Shown in pieces: positions 62,145-64,000 of a stretch of DNA of 64,000 bases. Position numbers and translations under genes: made by a program. This stretch comes from Daphnia carinata (taxonomy: Eukaryota): NCBI RefSeq assembly GCF_022539665.2, contig NC_081331.1:1798001-1862000 (forward strand), read 5' to 3'. Positions within the stretch are counted from its first letter, which is position 1; each line of letters begins with the position of its first letter. Below the pieces are notes generated by a model. It made no database searches. It had not been told where the DNA came from and was given only the letters and a program-made list of their open reading frames with translations.

Positions 62145-63330
62145 ATGGATAAGATAATAAAACAAAAAAATGGTAAGTATAAACATTATTATATTGGTTT
62201 TCAATTATTAATTATTGTTTATTAGATCAAATTATGAAGCTGCAGGCCCAGTTATTGGAACAACACAAAATATTAGATAACAAAGCTAAGGATCGTAGGC
62301 CGAACACGTAATGATTCTATTTATTTGCTTTTATTCATTCGTGTTTTGTAGCTCAAATTTTGAGTCTTCAAGCTCAGCTAGGGGAAAAGAACAAATTGGA
62401 ACGGAACAGTTTCCAAACAGTGAAGGAGGTTTTTCAAAACTCATCTCTAACTGAACGTGAGGATGAGTTGGCATTAGGCGAACACAGCCAGGTACCTAAA
62501 GTTTTCAAATAAGAATTCAAAATAAGTATAGAATTTTAAAAAACAGTTATTTATTGCTTAGTTATTCAGTCCACCACATGACAGTGTGTTAAATTTAAAT
62601 TCTGTTAGTGCTGCCCTAAAAGAATCGTTAGTAATAAGCTCATGCAGTGAAGGAACTGAACAATTGTGGGAACATATTTGGGCCAAAAATGGGTGTGGTT
62701 CAGAAACCCAGAAATGGCACAAGTTCAACATGAAACATGGATTAGGTACTTTTCGGTTTTTTGTCTATCGAAAAAGTATTTTTAATGCTATTATTTTGCA
62801 TTCACAGATTTTAACGGGGGATCAAATCAAGTCTGGAAGTGTTACAGGATGGAAGAGTGAGCCTACAGATGAAAAAACACTGAGAGTGCATTACCGTAAG
62901 GTGTGAGGTAAATTAATAGAGTAATGCAAATTGCCTAATGAGAAGTACCATCTTGTGTTAATGAATCCAGTACAACAGCAATCCTTTATAGTTCTGTCAC
63001 AGCTAGAAGCCTCAAATAATTCTGCTTCTCTGTCTAAAGAACAACTTGTCCTTTATGTTCAGAGTGTTGGGGAAACTGGGTACTTAAATGGCCCTAAAGA
63101 TGTTTTAATTTTGCTGCTATTGCAGAGATGAACATCATACATGGACTCTTTAGGTATGAAAGGATTTTTCTTCAAATAATTTTGAATTTATGACGAAGAA
63201 TTTCTCCTCCTTTTTGCCAACCAGGTCTTATCTACCAAAAAAAATTTTATCCAATAGGAAAGGATTTTCATGTACTGGGAACACAACTATCAACAATGCA
63301 ACATTCTACAGGTGCTAGTTTATCATTCAA
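62145..63330 (+). pseudogene. Unknown small multi-exon gene, probably degenerate, with a coiled-coil-like N-terminus
   Basis: Phase-consistent exons 62145-62172, 62226-62294, 62352-62491 and 62562-62745 (MDKIIKQKNDQIMKLQAQLLEQH...QILSLQAQLGEK...LWEHIWAKNG). The next exon (62808 onward) hits TGA in the inherited frame but is open in another frame. More exon-like blocks with GT/AG ends follow to about 63310. Confidence 0.4.
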
Positions 63331-64000
63331 GAGCCTTATACAATGAAGTTAATCTGCAATTTGTATGTCCTTTCCCAAGCTTCCACCAGAAGTTGAATCT
63401 CTGAGTCATGTAAGTTCCATGATCAACAATTGATGTGTTTAACGGTGTTGTTTTTCTTTTCTCAATATAGGTTAATAGTAACATTGGATCTGAAAAGATT
63501 TTTGGTTGGGGCAAGACACTGAATAAATTGTATTGATTGGATGGATGACATGACATTGCTATACTTAATTCGGATTCCCCAGACGGTATTTGATATTAAA
63601 AAAATTGAAGTGCATATCTGGGCTCCCTTCTTTTCTGAAGCCCCGTTTCCCCTTGACTCATAATAAGCCCGTAGGGGGTCATGCCCCTACTGTACGGTAT
63701 ATATAAAAACAACATATACCGAGGTTTGGAGGGCTCTGGCCGGAAAGGGGACGTGGGGTGCCGCTTCGTCCGATGATGTGTTCACGGAGGGTGACGTGGC
63801 TGCCCACAAATCCGAACTAAAGGTTAATCGCTCCTGTAAAAATGTTCCAAATCTTCAGCTCTTCTTCCGGCTTCTCTTAGCCAATCACCGGGTAATCTCC
63901 CCGGTGGGTCAACAAGGCAGTGTCTCCCCCTGCCTGGGTTGACGGCAACTTTTGAAAGGGCTATTGTGCCTTTTTAAAGTTGCAAAAATAATTGTAATGT

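Noticed and set aside
63671..63710. Helitron 3' end
   Set aside because: A hairpin is present but there is no CTRR terminus at the expected distance on either strand.
1..64000. tRNA, rRNA, transposase or reverse transcriptase genes
   Set aside because: None recognisable by eye. tRNAscan-SE, Infernal and RepeatMasker would be needed to exclude small or decayed ones.

Overview
Eukaryotic, intron-rich DNA. Many 55-90 nt introns and the gene content suggest a compact arthropod genome, possibly Daphnia-like (inference only). The six-frame ORF track is mostly noise, so gene models were rebuilt by hand from splice sites with reading-frame checks. Left to right: (1) the last two exons of an unidentified gene (2-362); (2) about 12 kb of homopolymer/microsatellite-rich non-coding DNA; (3) a ~39 kb + strand RGS3-like locus, made of a 10-exon unit (about 1,280 aa disordered Tyr/Pro-motif region + C2 + PDZ, 12244-21799) followed 1.3 kb later by a 21-exon chain that splices in one open frame (helical, possibly DH-derived region + PH + linker + RGS domain, 23069-51420), with candidate internal promoters for short RGS isoforms; (4) AMFR/gp78 E3 ligase (+, 56911-59038); (5) PUS3 tRNA pseudouridine synthase (-, 59682-61666); (6) a small, probably degenerate spliced ORF (62145 onward). 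Main observations: the C2-PDZ / PH-RGS domain order matches vertebrate RGS3 but is divided by a stop and poly(A) signal; 11 perfect CRE palindromes (TGACGTCA) lie only in the RGS half of the locus; a decayed copy of a PH exon sits inside the PDZ intron; and the PUS3 catalytic motif is carried by two 20-nt micro-exons.
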